This document shows positions 12,440-25,730 of a stretch of 64,000 nt of DNA, one piece after another. The DNA is from Pseudovirgaria hyperparasitica. Taxonomy: Eukaryota. Both the position numbers and the translations under genes were made by a program. The stretch is taken from assembly GCA_010093815.1 (NCBI GenBank), contig ML996571.1. One strand, 5' to 3'. The notes beneath the pieces were generated by a model. That model did not search any database and was not told the origin of the DNA. It was given only the letters and a program-made list of their open reading frames with translations. Each line of letters opens with the position of its first letter. The stretch's first letter is position 1.

Positions 12440-13488
12440 ATGTCGCCTCCGTCCGCAATAGTGCCTGAATACAACGGTAACGGACATAACGATGCACCGG
12501 CCGCTGCTACTCATGAGCCTGGTCTTAGTGTAGGCAAGGTCAAGGAGAAGGTCAACGCTGGCATGAAGTTTCCTGGACCACCCAAGTTCAGTGATCCGTA
12601 TGAGGAACGCAAGTACCTGAAGCAGAGACTTGCAGCTGCTTTCCGCATCTTCGCCAAGTATGGCTTTGATGAAGGTGTCGCAGGGCATATAACACTGCGT
12701 GTGAGTATATGCAGCCAAGACTGTCGAGTAGGAATGTTGCTGAGGCTTCCAGGATCCCGTTGAGCCGGATAAGTTCTGGGTGAATCCATTTGGCGTCCAT
12801 TTCGCTCTCATCAAGGCTTCAGATCTCATTCTAGTCAACGAAGACGGGAAGGTCGTGGATGGTGGTGAAGTGCGATTGCTAAACACGGCGGCTTTCATGA
12901 TTCACTCGGCCATCCATCAGGCGCGTCCGGATGTCAATGCTGCATGTCACAGCCACAGCATCTACGGTCGTACATTCTGCACGCTTGGTCGCACGATTGA
13001 GACCACCAGCCAGGATGCGTGCGCTTTCTGTAGGTCATTGTCCTCGTCAAGGTGTGTATCTGCTGACGGATGACAGACAATGTGAGAGTCCACGGAGCCA
13101 GAGACTGTTACACGAGACTGACACATGACAGGATCTTGCGCTCTACGAGTCGTTTAATGGTATAGTCCTTGCGGAGGAAGAAGGAAAGAACATTGCGAAA
13201 TGTCTGGGCCAGAAGAAGGCTGCCCTACTGCAGAACCACGGTCTCCTCACTGCCGGCGAGACCGTCGAGGAAGCTGTGTTCTGGTTCTGTTCGCTGGAAA
13301 AGCTGTGTCACACTCAGCTACTCGCAGATGCTGCCGCTGCGGGACGCGGGGGCAAGCCAATTGAGATCGATGAGGAAGATGCCAAGTATACACACAAGGT
13401 GGTGGGGAGCAAGCAAGCCGGATGGTTCAGTGGGAAGCCTTTGTTTGATTTGATCCACAAGGAGACTGGGGGCGACTACATGGAATAA
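12440..13488 (+). CDS. Class II aldolase/adducin-family protein (Mug14-like); introns 12701-12752, 13030-13076, 13082-13131 with 5-nt micro-exon
   Basis: GFDEGVAGHITLR|DP, FWVNPFG, AFMIHSAIH, CHSHS and LQNHGLLT metal-binding His motifs. Confidence 0.92.
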
Positions 13489-14120
13489 GCGGAGGAGGCA
13501 TGATTCATTGATGAGATAGTAAAGGGAGTGAATAGATGAGCAGAGGTACCTATACAATAAAGCTCGTGTGATGGAATGCAGGCTTGAACCATAACGCATC
13601 TATACCATGGATGACTGGACGGACTAATCTCCGTATTTCCGGTGGGTCGACGATCTGCAAGTTGGGGGATATTTTCCCGTGGAATTTGATACAACAGATA
13701 CACAATACAATGCGTTCGTTCACTCAAGCAAGATGTAGAAATATATCATTCCCGGGCTCCGTCACGTCTGACTCGGTGCCACAACACGGAAGTCTAGAAG
13801 AGTGTTTTGGCGATCCATTCCCTCTGAGTTGTTTTGATTCCCCGCCTCCTTCACCGTCCGAGCTCCCCGATTTCTTTTGCCGCCGCCCAACCTCATCGCA
13901 TCATGCATGCACGACTCCAACATTTTATGAGCGGCGTTAATCTTACTAACAACTCATTCGCCTGAACTTTTACGTCGGCTGATCCAGCATATCTGCTACT
14001 TCAAAAACTTTATAATAACATGGTGGCCATCTTCTAATCCTGCCCGGACGCCCACGTCGCTTTCGCCGCAGCTAAACTTCGCTAGAGCTGTGTTTAGCAC
14101 TCCACTAACGTCAAGCTGTC

Positions 14121-16287
14121 ATGCCTCGCGCTCCAGATGTCATAGTCATTGCAAGGTTAGTTCCTCCATATGAAGTCTTGCAATTGGTAATAACACAACT
14201 CAAGGCACGGCGCGCGACTCGACGCTGCAGATAAGACATGGCATCTCTCCTCACCCGCGCCCTACGATCCTCCTTTGACATACGGCGGATGGACACAGTC
14301 GAGAGCGTTAGGAACCAGGATCGCTACTATTCTCGACGCACGAGAGCAGGAACAACAACAATCCGAGAGTGCCGTGGTTGAAAGTGCCGACGGAGCAGAC
14401 CTGAAGGAGGCGCTGGGTGCGTCCGCTTCTCCGTCCGATCATCGAACAGCTGCGAGCAAAGGAAAGAAGCGAAGAATAATCGTTCACACATCGCCATTTC
14501 TCCGATGCGTGCAGACATCTCTGGGCATCAGCGCGGGGCTTGCGCAGTATAACGGCAGACAGAACAAGTTACGGCTCAGCACTACACCCAACAGTAGACC
14601 TTCGACGCCTGTGCCTGGGGAAGAGTTGCAACCAGAACCCGTGCTTGCACAGAAGACTCAGACCGCACAGCGATTGTTTGCTAGTATACCAAACCCGAAG
14701 CTCAGGATTGACGCGTTCCTCGGGGAATGGCTGTCTCCGGAGTACTACGACCTTATAACCCCGCCGCCAGACTCGAAGATGATGGTTGCAGGAGCAAAAG
14801 CCGATCTATTGCGACGCGGCGAGTACGTCGAAGTCAGTCAGGCAGCCAGCCTCAACATGGGTCATTTCCCTGGTGGATGGGGTAGCTCTAATGGTGACAC
14901 GAGATCGAGAGCCAGCGATCGCGATCCTCTGTCTCGTCTTGGCAGCCTTGCTCAGGTGCTTCCAATTCGCGACCGATCTAGCAGTCAAGGTGCCATTCAT
15001 ACTCTGGCGCATCGTTCAAATAATACACCCACGTCACCGAACACCCCTGAGCTTGGAACTTATGTTGCTCCTGTACCCACATATGCTGTTTCCCCAACAG
15101 AGCCGATCCCTCGAGGATACGTGGCGCATGCTAGAGACGCGACTGCAGACATAGACTTTCAGTGGGATAGCATGCGCAAGCCCTTGAATTGGCCTGATGG
15201 TGGAGTGTACGGCGAGGAGTGGAGTGCCATGCACAAGAGATATCGCAAGGGTTTCAATGATATTATTGGCTGGTATACGGAGCATGGTCCATCTGTGCAG
15301 CCACAAGACGACGATCCAAGTAACCACGATGGGGACGAAGAAACAGAACTTGTTCTTGTTTTAGTGACTCATGCTGCTGGTTGCAACGCGTTGATTGGGG
15401 CTCTCACGAACCAGCCTGTGCTGCTTGATGTTGGTATGGGATCTCTCACGATGGCCGTCCGTCGTGATGTTGCGGACCCACTTAGGTGCAGCTCATCAGC
15501 CAGCCCCAAACATTCACCCCAGTCTTCGATTATGGATACGGAAAACATAGCCGATGAGTACGAGATGCGGCTTGTGGCATCTACGGAGCATCTACGACCA
15601 GGTATCGATCCATCGAAGCTTGACCACGTCCCTTCTCCAAAGATTGTGCCCAGAGCTCTGGGAGGCGAGCGTATGCATCGATTGAGTACCGGGAACAGCG
15701 GTGCTGTCAGTCCCATCGAGCTTCCATTGCATCTGAACGGAATTCGTCCGTCTGCAATGTCTGCTGCGCTAGGAAGTGTTCGAAGATCGCAGTCAAGCCG
15801 GTCACACTCCAATTCACCGCACCGACAAGCATACACGACTTCGTTGAATACAAGCTATGCCGCACAGACCGCCTCGCCCAGCAGTGCCGTCACCTCGACA
15901 GGTCTTTGGAGCTCTCCAATATCAGCGAAACCTCCCAATTCAGCGTTGGGCAGCCGATCACTGAGCGACAATTCGGTGCCGCCTTTGTCAGCTCCGAAGC
16001 TTTCTAAGACGCAGCTCGCAAATCCTGATGTCATTGAAACGGCGGCACCAACATCGCAGTCTACTGGGATCAAATCGCAAGACGCAGATCAGCATGATGA
16101 GGACGATATCGTGGATGAGCTACGGCCCCCTCCAGGACCCCGGAAAAGCAGCGGACACGGCATGTGGGGCGCATCTGGCAAGATTGGCAGTGGTGGTAGT
16201 GAAGGTGGGCTTTGGAGTGGGTCAGACAAGACGACGCGCGAAAGAGGGCCGAAAAGGAGGTGGACTGTCAACGAACAGGACAATTGA
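14121..16287 (+). CDS. Histidine phosphatase / phosphoglycerate mutase-like protein with long disordered C-terminus; intron 14156-14204
   Basis: IIAR|HGARLD-type RHG motif formed across intron, SPFLRCVQT, LGEWL, LVTHAAG. Confidence 0.88.
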
Positions 16288-16439
16288 TGTATCTTGGCGA
16301 TGAAATCCACGCCGTGGACATGCATCGGCGCTTGAAATGGGACTTTCTACTCCCAGAAGTCGAGCGTAGACGCGTATGTCAGCGCAGGATGATGGACGAT
16401 ATTGGCGTATTGGGAGTCGATAGCAGTGATAGGTCTATA

Positions 16440-16455
16440 CCCCCCCCCCCCCCCC
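16440..16455. repeat. Poly(C)16 homopolymer
   Basis: Direct reading. Confidence 0.9.
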
Positions 16456-16874
16456 TACGAAGGCCAAATGATTTTCCCGATGATCAACAGCATCAGCAGT
16501 CGAAAAGGATTTGAGTAGAGCCACGTAGCATGTCGGACATGATGCATTGCGCAATGCAGCTGTATCCATCTGCGGCTGCCGCTGCATAATGATCTCTCTC
16601 CGATGACAACAGTGACGAAATAGGGAAAGTGGCGGCGTCGTCCTGTAAGGCCTCCCAGTGTCTACCTCATCGTTCTATCAACATATAAAGAGTCTGACCG
16701 TCCCGGAACGCCAGTCTGAACTGTAGCCATAGGAGCCAGTCGAACAATCACATATTCTTATACAACCACGAAGATTACACAAAACACCAACCACGAACAA
16801 GAAGACATTAGACCCTACCACTACGACCACCAACCATAACGATCACTACCAACACGAACACCAGCAACATCAGG

Positions 16875-17198
16875 ATGTCCGTCCAGGAGATATCGTCCAA
16901 AGGTCAATTCGACCAAGAGATCGAGCAGGCATCGGGCGTGGCGGTGGTGAAAGCATACGCACCATTTGAGCAGGCTTCGGTCGACCTGCCTGGGTTTGAC
17001 GAGACGAGCGAGGATCCCGCGTTCAGCGAGGTCAAGTTCTTCAAGCTGGATATCGAAACCGTTCCGGATGTGACGCAGCAGCTGCAGCCGAGCACCCTGC
17101 CGACAGTTTACATCTTCAAGGCGGGTGTCCAGGTTGCGGACTTTCCCGGGCAGATTCCCGGGGAGGTGCTGAGAGAGATGGTGAATATGCATTTGTGA
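16875..17198 (+). CDS. Thioredoxin-fold protein with no CxxC (no Cys at all)
   Basis: 107 aa colinear with thioredoxin (VQEISSKGQFD, VKFFKLDIETVPDV, LPTVYIFKAG); TATAAA near 16684 and CA-rich 5' UTR. Confidence 0.8.
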   Translation: MSVQEISSKGQFDQEIEQASGVAVVKAYAPFEQASVDLPGFDETSEDPAFSEVKFFKLDIETVPDVTQQLQPSTLPTVYIFKAGVQVADFPGQIPGEVLREMVNMHL

Positions 17199-18012
17199 AG
17201 TGAGTGTGGGTAGGGTGATGAGATGAAATGGCGCTGCCGGGAGGTGGTAGTCGTGGACGTGGATACAATTTGATGCATCGAACCTACATGAATTGGAAAG
17301 CTACATCGTTTGCGTGCCCGTGATGGTCTGCTTTGATTGTAAGATGCGATGAGATGTGATGAGATAAGATAAGTCTTGATGGCTCGTGCTTCACTTACGT
17401 AACCACTCAACCCCGGCCGGAAATCCTCACTACAATCGGTTCATCGTTCGGCCGAACCACGATATGTTCTCATCTCACCAGCATGCTCTACGTTATAGCT
17501 TCTATAAATGGTACTCTGTAATAATAAAATCGAAAAGACGGATCGTACGCGTGCACATGCATGTGTCTATGTTATATCGGCTATGCTATACCAGATGGCT
17601 GGGCGGGAATGTTCCGCGTAGCTTTATTGCTCGCACGATCTTCCAAGGCAGTAAGGCAGCAAGGCTCGAGCTGCCCCGCAGTGGGAATGAATGTTTGTCA
17701 GCACAGTCGGACAGCCGACCTCGCACTCGCTAACTAATCACAGAACCGCGTCAAAGAGATCGCTAGCCGCTTCGGGCTTAGTGGCTCCATTTCTGCTTCG
17801 ACATGTCGCGCCCTTTGCTGCCAATTCAGGCTTAGTGTCATCCTGTTGACTCAGGCGTAGCGGCTGAAGGCTGAAAGTGCATACATTATACATATGTTCA
17901 TACATACATGTCCAGGACCAGGGCCACTCAAAGTACAATTGGGCGTCGACACGCTTTTGTATCGTGTGTGTATCGTTGATTTTCACGCCCTGTTGTTGGG
18001 AGGTCTCAAATC

Positions 18013-20652
18013 ATGGACACTGTTCATTCGCAGCGTGCGAATTTGGAGGAGCTGTTTGACTTTTCCGCCGCGAGTATGCCTGAGGATATGGATGGTGTGA
18101 TTGGGGCTATGGGGATGGATGGAATGGAAGAGGCGTGTTCTTTGCATCCAGGCGAGGAGTCAGTATCTCCGCCTCCTTTGCCCCTGGCCTCCTGCTGATA
18201 CCTCTTCAGATGTATCTGTAATGACCTCGACAACGTCTCGGTGACTCCAGAAGGACTTGAAGAGGAAAAGGAGTTCGACAATGACTTCTCCAGTTGGCTC
18301 CCCCGGTACTCCAAGCCACCTGTACCCTGCGACTATTGCGGCCCTAGGAAGCTGGACTGCTTCTTCACTTGCTACAGCGACAATGCTCCTCAGTCATGCA
18401 CCTCCTGCAGCGCTCTCTTCAGGCCCTGCAGTTTCGCCAAACCAGAGGAGTCGGTCCGCCCACACAATGCCATCGACACTTTACATGTCGTCGGCGAAGA
18501 CGACTGCGTGACCAGCGGCGACCTGACAGGTTACAAGCCGTTGAGATCGAAGTACCTGGGCCGTCTCAACCGTGGATCGACTCCGACAAACGACGAACCA
18601 GACCGTGGACGCAAGACTGGTACGAGGTTCTCTCGCCCCGCCCTGAAGATCCTTAAGGAATGGATGGAGGAGCACCGAAGCAATCCCTATCCTTCCGAAG
18701 AGGAGAAGGCAATACTCGCCAAGAGGACCAGTCTGTCCATGAACCAGGTCAACAACTGGTTGGCTAATACGCGGAGGCGCGAGAAGAACAAGATGCCAAA
18801 GAGAGCCACTTCGCCTAGTATTCGTCCGTCCACCGAGGCCGTTGACGTCCCGGAGGGAAGGACGTGGTACGATCTCAATCCCTTCGAACGTTGGAAGCAC
18901 TCTCCTCCCGAGAACGAACCGGCGCCTATGCCAATTATCTTGGACAATATCCGACAGTTCAGTCCGCCGACTGGATCGAGCTCGGCCAGCAGTTATAGGC
19001 AGAAGTCGAGTACATCTGGCTCTCACTACTCCGCACTGCGAGCCCCATCAACAACGAGTCTCGAAACGGGTTCGAAGTTGTCAGCGTCAGCCCTCTCGAG
19101 TCAGTCCTTTGAGTCCTTCGACTCGGCGAGGTGGTCGCATGGCTCGAGACGCTCCTGGGGCTCATTTGGGTCCTTTGGGAACCCGAACAAAGATCGCCGA
19201 CGGAGGAGGCGGGCTACGGCGAAGCTGCAAATGCCTGCCACGATTCAAAGCAGGATCTACCAGTGCACATTTTGCACGGATCGGTTCAAGAGTAAGTACG
19301 ATTGGTCCCGGCACGAAAAGTCGCTACATTTGAGCTTGGAGAAGTGGATCTGCGCGCCTCTGGGGCACACAATAACGAACATGGCGGGTGAAAAGAGATG
19401 CGCGTACTGCGACTACCTAAATCCTACGCCCGATCACATCGAATCACACAACCACCAGACGTGTGCAGAGAAAGGGATCGAGGCCCGGACTTTCTACCGG
19501 AAAGACCATCTCCGCCAGCACCTGAAACTGATGCACGCCTGCAAGATGACCGACGGCATGGAATCGTGGAAATCCGAAGCCGCCCTGGTCAACTGCCGCT
19601 GCGGCTTCTGCGGCCAAACATTCACCAGATGGCAAGACCGAGTCGACCACATCGCAAAGGAGTTCAAGAACGGCGCCGCGATGAAGGACTGGAAGGGCTG
19701 CCGTGGCCTCGACCCTCACATCGCCTCCCTCGTCACAAACGCCATGCCCCCCTATCTCATCGACAACGAAAGCAAATCGCCCATCCCCTTCAGCGCCTCC
19801 AACACCGCCTCCATCGCCCAGCACACCCCCATGCTCCACACCCCCGATCTCGAAGCCCTGATCCCATCCTACGCCCAACCACCACCACCAACCACATCCC
19901 TCCCTCCCACAACATCAACAACAACAACAACACCCCCCTCCCCAACAACAAGCTGGGAACACCTCACCATCGCCCTGAGCAACTACACCCACCACTACAC
20001 CAACCACACCCCTACACCCCCCTCCGACGCCACCCTCCAACGCCACGCCCGCCTCATCCTCTACGACTGCGACGACCCCTGGAACCAGACCGCCGCCGAC
20101 AACCCCGCCTGGCTCGCCCTCTTCAAGCAGGCCCACGCCCTCGTCCCCGTCCCGCCCTCCTTCGACCGCCGCGACGCCCTCGAGGATCTCGGCGTCTTGG
20201 GCTTGTCCCCGCTTGCTCGCTACGGCGCCGCTCAGGGACCCCGTGATGTGGCGCTTTGGAAGGCCGAGTCTGTGGCTTTGCGGGAGGGCGTTGGGTTTTT
20301 GAGTAGTGGGGAGGCGTATTGTTCGAGGAGGATGGATATGGATGGGGGTTTGGGCGCTGGGTTTGCGGCTTCTGCTGCTACTGCGTCAAATACCACTGCT
20401 TTAGGCTTGCAGGCTGATAGTGGTGTGATGTATCCTGCGCTCGGCAACATGCAAACCCCGTCCTCGTCTTCGTCTGCAGCAGCGCTGTTTCCCGCCGGCG
20501 AGCATGAGGCGTTTAGTCTTGACGAGGACTTGTTTGCTGATTTTACGTTTGAGGGGGGTTTTGATGTCGGTGTGGGTGCGGAGTCGGGGATTGGTGGTGG
20601 GATGGATATGAGTAATATGGCGGATATGGCGGAATTCGGAGGCTTGTTTTGA
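18013..20652 (+). CDS. Transcription factor with TALE homeodomain, C2H2 zinc fingers and an N-terminal Zn2Cys6-like motif; intron 18159-18209
   Basis: NPYPSEEEK..QVNNWLANTRRR, YQCTFC..WSRHEKSLH, FYRKDHLRQH, CGFC..RVDH; GTCAGT..CAG intron joins the upstream ATG exon in frame. Confidence 0.9.
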
Positions 20653-23600
20653 GGATGGGGATGGGTTGTGCTCTGGGTGTTTTGGGTGTTTTTTTGGTTT
20701 GGAATATACTGGTTGGGTGGTTGGGTGGTGGGTTGGTAGTGTTTTTACGCGTTTGTCTGTCGGGTTGGATGTGAGGGGGAGATATGTGGATAGATTGTAG
20801 TGTCGGTCGTGTTTAACGTACACGTGGACGAATGAGTACATATATAAACGAACGAAAAAGCTGATAGAATAGACTGAGGGAATTGCTGTAATCGCGAATA
20901 CTTATGGCCAACCTACTACATACCACGCCTATGTCATCTCTGTAAACTATCATACTCTACCACCGCTTTACGCTTAGATCATGCCTAATTGAAATGGAAT
21001 CATCTTTCGTTCAGATCAGTAGAAATATCATTATCCCGCGCCCCATATCTCGTCTTCTTCCAGTACTAAACATGAGAGAATACACAATAGGTGCCCAAGA
21101 AGTAGCGATACCCTATCCCTATCACAAATTCTCCCCAACATAAATATCCTTCCTCTCCTTAGCCCCTCTTTATATTTATATTTCACTCAAGACAGCTCGT
21201 ATAGTTGCCTAAGCATCTCCCTATATAGATGAGTATGTAATTACATAGATTAGTATCGAAGTGTTCCTGTTACTACCTATGGTACAGTGTATACAGGGAC
21301 TGGACGATGGTCATGTAGATTCGTTGATTGCTAGTGGGGTTAGGGCGATTGGTGTAATTTGTGCAGTGGATTTTGGTAGGGTTGGTGCTAGAAGGGGTAG
21401 TGCAAGGAAGAGAAGTGTATTTGTTAAATGAGGGAAGAGTGGGAATCTGTGATAGTGGGTGTGGTGCGAGGGTTGAGATTTCAGGTTGTCTGGGGTCATT
21501 GAATTCGTTGAAGATGGAGATGAGGAGGAGTTTGGATGCTGGTGAGGATGGTGGTTGCTGTGTTTGGAGGGAAGGGGGAGGTGGAACGGGGTGTTGCTTG
21601 CTTGGGGATGGTAGTAGCGGGTGTTGTAGAATTGGGAGGATCGTTCGTGGGAGATGCGAGGGTGATTATGTGTTACTGATGGTGTAGTGTGTCAGAAATA
21701 CGTTCATAGGCTCGGAAGTCACCAGGCCTCTCCATTGACTGTGTAAAAGGTATTCAAGAGACGGCGTTGAATAAGCGTGTGTTATTTATTTCGTGTAAGT
21801 AGATGATATAAGTCGCTTGACACTTGGGTTCTACGCAAAGGGCATGCATTGCAAAAGATGATGCCTTTTGCGCCGCAATATTATCCTACAATATCCAGAT
21901 GTTACATCTGGTAGGTGCGGACCCAAACAAGAGAGCTATCAATCAGGAGTTCGAACATTTCATAATGGGACAAAGCCTCCTTTCCGTGCTTGGACTGCGT
22001 TGAGCTAAATCCTGCCGCGGTTCCATATGCAACGTTTCCGCTGGCAGCAGCATTTAGGCGGTATCCCATGTTGTGGCTCGACTCAGCCGAAGGCATTGTA
22101 TCTTGTCCGTTTCGACCTGCATGCCCACAAGGAAATTTTAGTATGTTGGAAATGTCTTACTGGGACTGTGCCCCAAGCAAGGGGCAAGGGAGATGAACCA
22201 TAGCCGTGGGTCAGCAGCAGCTCGATAACATACTACATGGATGGCTGGAACCTTCAGCCTGTTACTCGGAATATTTCTAGATGTCAATCATCAATACGTG
22301 TCCCGCCAACAATCTATGATACCATCACCAATCCCGGATGCCTTGCTGGTGAAAGACTGAAAGCTGACGGGTTGGCTCGAAGACCACGCTGCGAGTAGCA
22401 CATTGAGCGTGCTCCTGGAAGTTGAAGGTACCCATCCGGACGATAGGGTAGACGATGATAAAGGTCTCAATGTTGGAGGTAGGTTTCGAGAGGCTTTCGT
22501 GGCGCTAGAAGTTGAATGATAGAAAAGGCATAGTGTGCTTAGTTCATAATTAAGCTAGGGCCCCATGACATTGGCGCATGTCTCTCTACTTGAACAGCCA
22601 ATGACACGGAGGCGGTTATATGAACCATACGCCACAGTGCTTGTAAAGTCCTATTTATCCAGCTTTCCGAGATGTTTATTCTTGGTGTTGGCCGTAGAAC
22701 GACCTCATGGTTGAAACTGATGTAATCAGAATAATAGCGAACGTAGACGAGCGGGCTAGCTCTAAGATGCCTTCCGAAGAGGGGAAAGCGCCCGTTGTGA
22801 GTAGACGACCGCATGCGACCTTTGGGGGTATCTCTTCTCTGATATTTTCTTTCTCCGCCTTTTGGATCCGGATGTTCCCCAGATTTACTAAGACGCGCCC
22901 CCGGCTGTTCCCCTCGATGCATCCCCACTTCAGCCTCCGCCATTCATGCTTCTACAGAGTGCTGACTTGTGCCGCCTCAATCAATCAAGCGGCGCCTCGC
23001 TGCAGATCGTGTGCAGTCGTATGACCAAAGCGCCGCTTTCATGGAAATGGTTCACAGCGCAACGTATGCTTCAAACCCCAGCGTGTTGCCAAAGTACATG
23101 TAATGCGGGAGTCTTGTAAAGAATTGATTGTACGTTCCCGACAATGCTGAACTGTGGCTGGACACGCTGCCGATGTTACTACCTGCCACGACCGTCTTGT
23201 GATACAGACAGGATCATGGCTCTTGATAAAATATGGATTCCGTCCAATGGAGGCATATGTCTGGGCCAAGATGCTGGTCGGGCGTAGGGTGATACGTTCC
23301 ACTGCCGGCTCACCGCGCCGTCATCCCAAGCACGCCGTCCCAGCGCATGGCATTCTCGATATGTATGATCACCATTGGAGGACTTAGCCGAGCTCTCGTA
23401 AAGTGGTGCTTTTCTTAGCTCGTACGCCCAGATCTCTTCGAGAAGCCATTCATTGACAACTCGTGAGCGCTCTCTGCATTTACCCGGACCGGGTGGCCGT
23501 ACTTCTGGATTCTGGATACCCATTCCCCATTGACTCGATGCCTCATCGTCGGTCCAGAACGTGCATTTGTGCATATTCCTCTAGCCTTGCCGATCCTTCG

Positions 23601-23722
23601 AAGTACCAGGGACTTCTATAAGATCCGTTTAATGCCCACATGGTCCCAGCCTTAGAATTCCAATCACGATAGGCCGTCTCCTAACTTGCTCTTCGATTTG
23701 TTGGCAGCTTCCAGAGTCAGAC

Positions 23723-25480
23723 ATGTCACCCGCCCTTCCGGCTCCGGCTTCAAAGAAAGCAGAGGTTGAAATTGCTCAAGCTGAGGCACCTGATCTTGAG
23801 AGGGTCGAATGGAGAAAAGATGCAGGATTGAGAAAACTATACACCTGGGCGTTCATTATCTGTATTGCCTCTGCCACTACGGGATACGATGGGTAGGCTG
23901 CCGCACTCCAATATTAGAGTCCTATACTAATGATTTTCAGTTCAATGTTAAATAACCTCCGTATTCTGGATACATGGAAAAACTACTTCGGAGATCCAAC
24001 TGGCTCTGATCTGGGTCTTCTAACCGCCCTTTACTCCATCGGTTCTATCGCCAGTCTTCCTATCACGTAAGCGTTTGTATATCAGAATTGTCAATATGAC
24101 ATGCATACTGACAAGGATTATCCAGCCCTTTCATTGCTGACCATTTCGGTCGTAAGCCAGCCATCACTATTGGATGTCTAATCATGTGTCTGGGAGCTGG
24201 TATCCAGGGAGGTGCGAAAAATCTGGCCATGTTCTCCGCTGGTAGATTCATGATGGGATTCGGAAATTCACTCGCTCAACTCTCATCACCTCTGCTCTTG
24301 GCTGAGATATGCCATCCTCAGCACCGAGGCCGTGTCACAGCCATCTACAACTGTCTCTGGAATGTCGGTGCTATCGTCTGTACCTGGCTCACATTCGGCA
24401 CCAAGCGCATCGACACTGACTGGTCATGGCGTGTACCAACCCTCACTCAAGCGTTCCCCTCAATCATCCAGCTTGTATTCATTTTCTGGATTCCTGAATC
24501 ACCTCGTTGGCTGATCTCCAAAGACCGCCACGGCGAGGCTCTCACCATGTTGGCCAAGTACCACGCCAATGGCAACGAAAACCACCCAACCGTGCAATTC
24601 GAATATCGTGAGATTCGCGAAACACTCCGTCTAGAATTCTCCGCCAAGAGCAACTCTTCCTACCTCGACTTTCTCAAGACTCGCGGCAACCGCTACAGAC
24701 TCTTGCTTATCGCGTCGCTTGGCCTATTCTCCCAGTGGTCCGGAAACGGACTTGTATCCTACTACGCCACTGATGTTTATAACTCAATCGGCATAACCGC
24801 TTCTGACACCCAGTTGGGCCTGAACGGCGGTCTGACCATCCTCTCACTCATCGTCTCCGTTAGCTGCGCTCTACTTGTCGACCGCATTGGTCGTCGCCCA
24901 CTCTTCCTAGCTGCTACCAGTGGTATGCTTGCAACCTTCGTCGTATGGACGATCGCATCGTCTCAGCAGCAGGAGCACGGAAACAAGGCCGCTGGACAAG
25001 CCGTCATCGCAATGATCTGGATCTTCTCTGTGTGCTACGCGCTTGCCTGGTCTGGGTTGCTCGTTGCATACACGGTTGAGATCCTGCCATTCAAGATCCG
25101 CGCCAAAGGACTTATGATCATGAATTTCTGGATTCAGGCTGCGCTGACCATCAACCAATATGTCAACCCGTTGGGCTTTGACCACTTGAAGCCTAACTAT
25201 AAGCTATACATCATCTACACTGTAAGTCTGGAAGATACCCACTGAACAAGTCCGACGTGCTGACATTGAATAGTGCTGGATTGCATTCGAACTCGTCTTC
25301 GTTTTCTTCCTCTACGTCGAGACAAAGGGACCGACGCTCGAGGAGGTCGCGAAGATTTTCGATGGCGATCAGGCCGAGGTTGCGCATATCGATCTCGAGA
25401 AGGTCGAACAGGAGGTCACGAGCGGCTATGAGGCAGAGAATAAACATGGCGTTGCTGTGCATCATCGTGAGGCTGTGTAG
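23723..25480 (+). CDS. cdt-2: MFS sugar porter, cellodextrin/lactose permease (CDT-2-like); introns 23893-23940, 24067-24125, 25222-25273
   Basis: ERVEWRKDAGLRKLY..IASATTGYDG, HPQHRGRVTAIYNCLWN, PESPRWL, SQWSGN, ETKGPTLEE; closely follows remembered Neurospora CDT-2 sequence. Confidence 0.88.
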
Positions 25481-25730
25481 TCGTATCTCTCGGAGCATAC
25501 GCACAGTTTATGCTTGTAGGTCTCCATACTGTCCTGCGCATAGGTAAAATTTAGTCTTCTTCGTTCGATTACACATAGTATTCTGAAGCTTCCTCTTCCC
25601 GCGTTTGATCAATTGTTTTAGGCAGCGAAGTGCCTAACGACCCATCTATGAGCCGAAAAATGTTCGAACTTTCGAGCGCTCGGCTTACTATTTTACACGC
25701 CTCTTCTGACGTAGGATAGGATTTGTCTGG

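Noticed and set aside
19398..20246. 282-aa Arg/Pro-rich overlapping ORF
   Set aside because: Alternative frame kept open by the extreme C-rich composition within the homeobox gene
21900..23600. Short ORFs upstream of the CDT-2-like gene
   Set aside because: No recognisable domains or consistent splice structure; probably promoter DNA or unidentifiable relics
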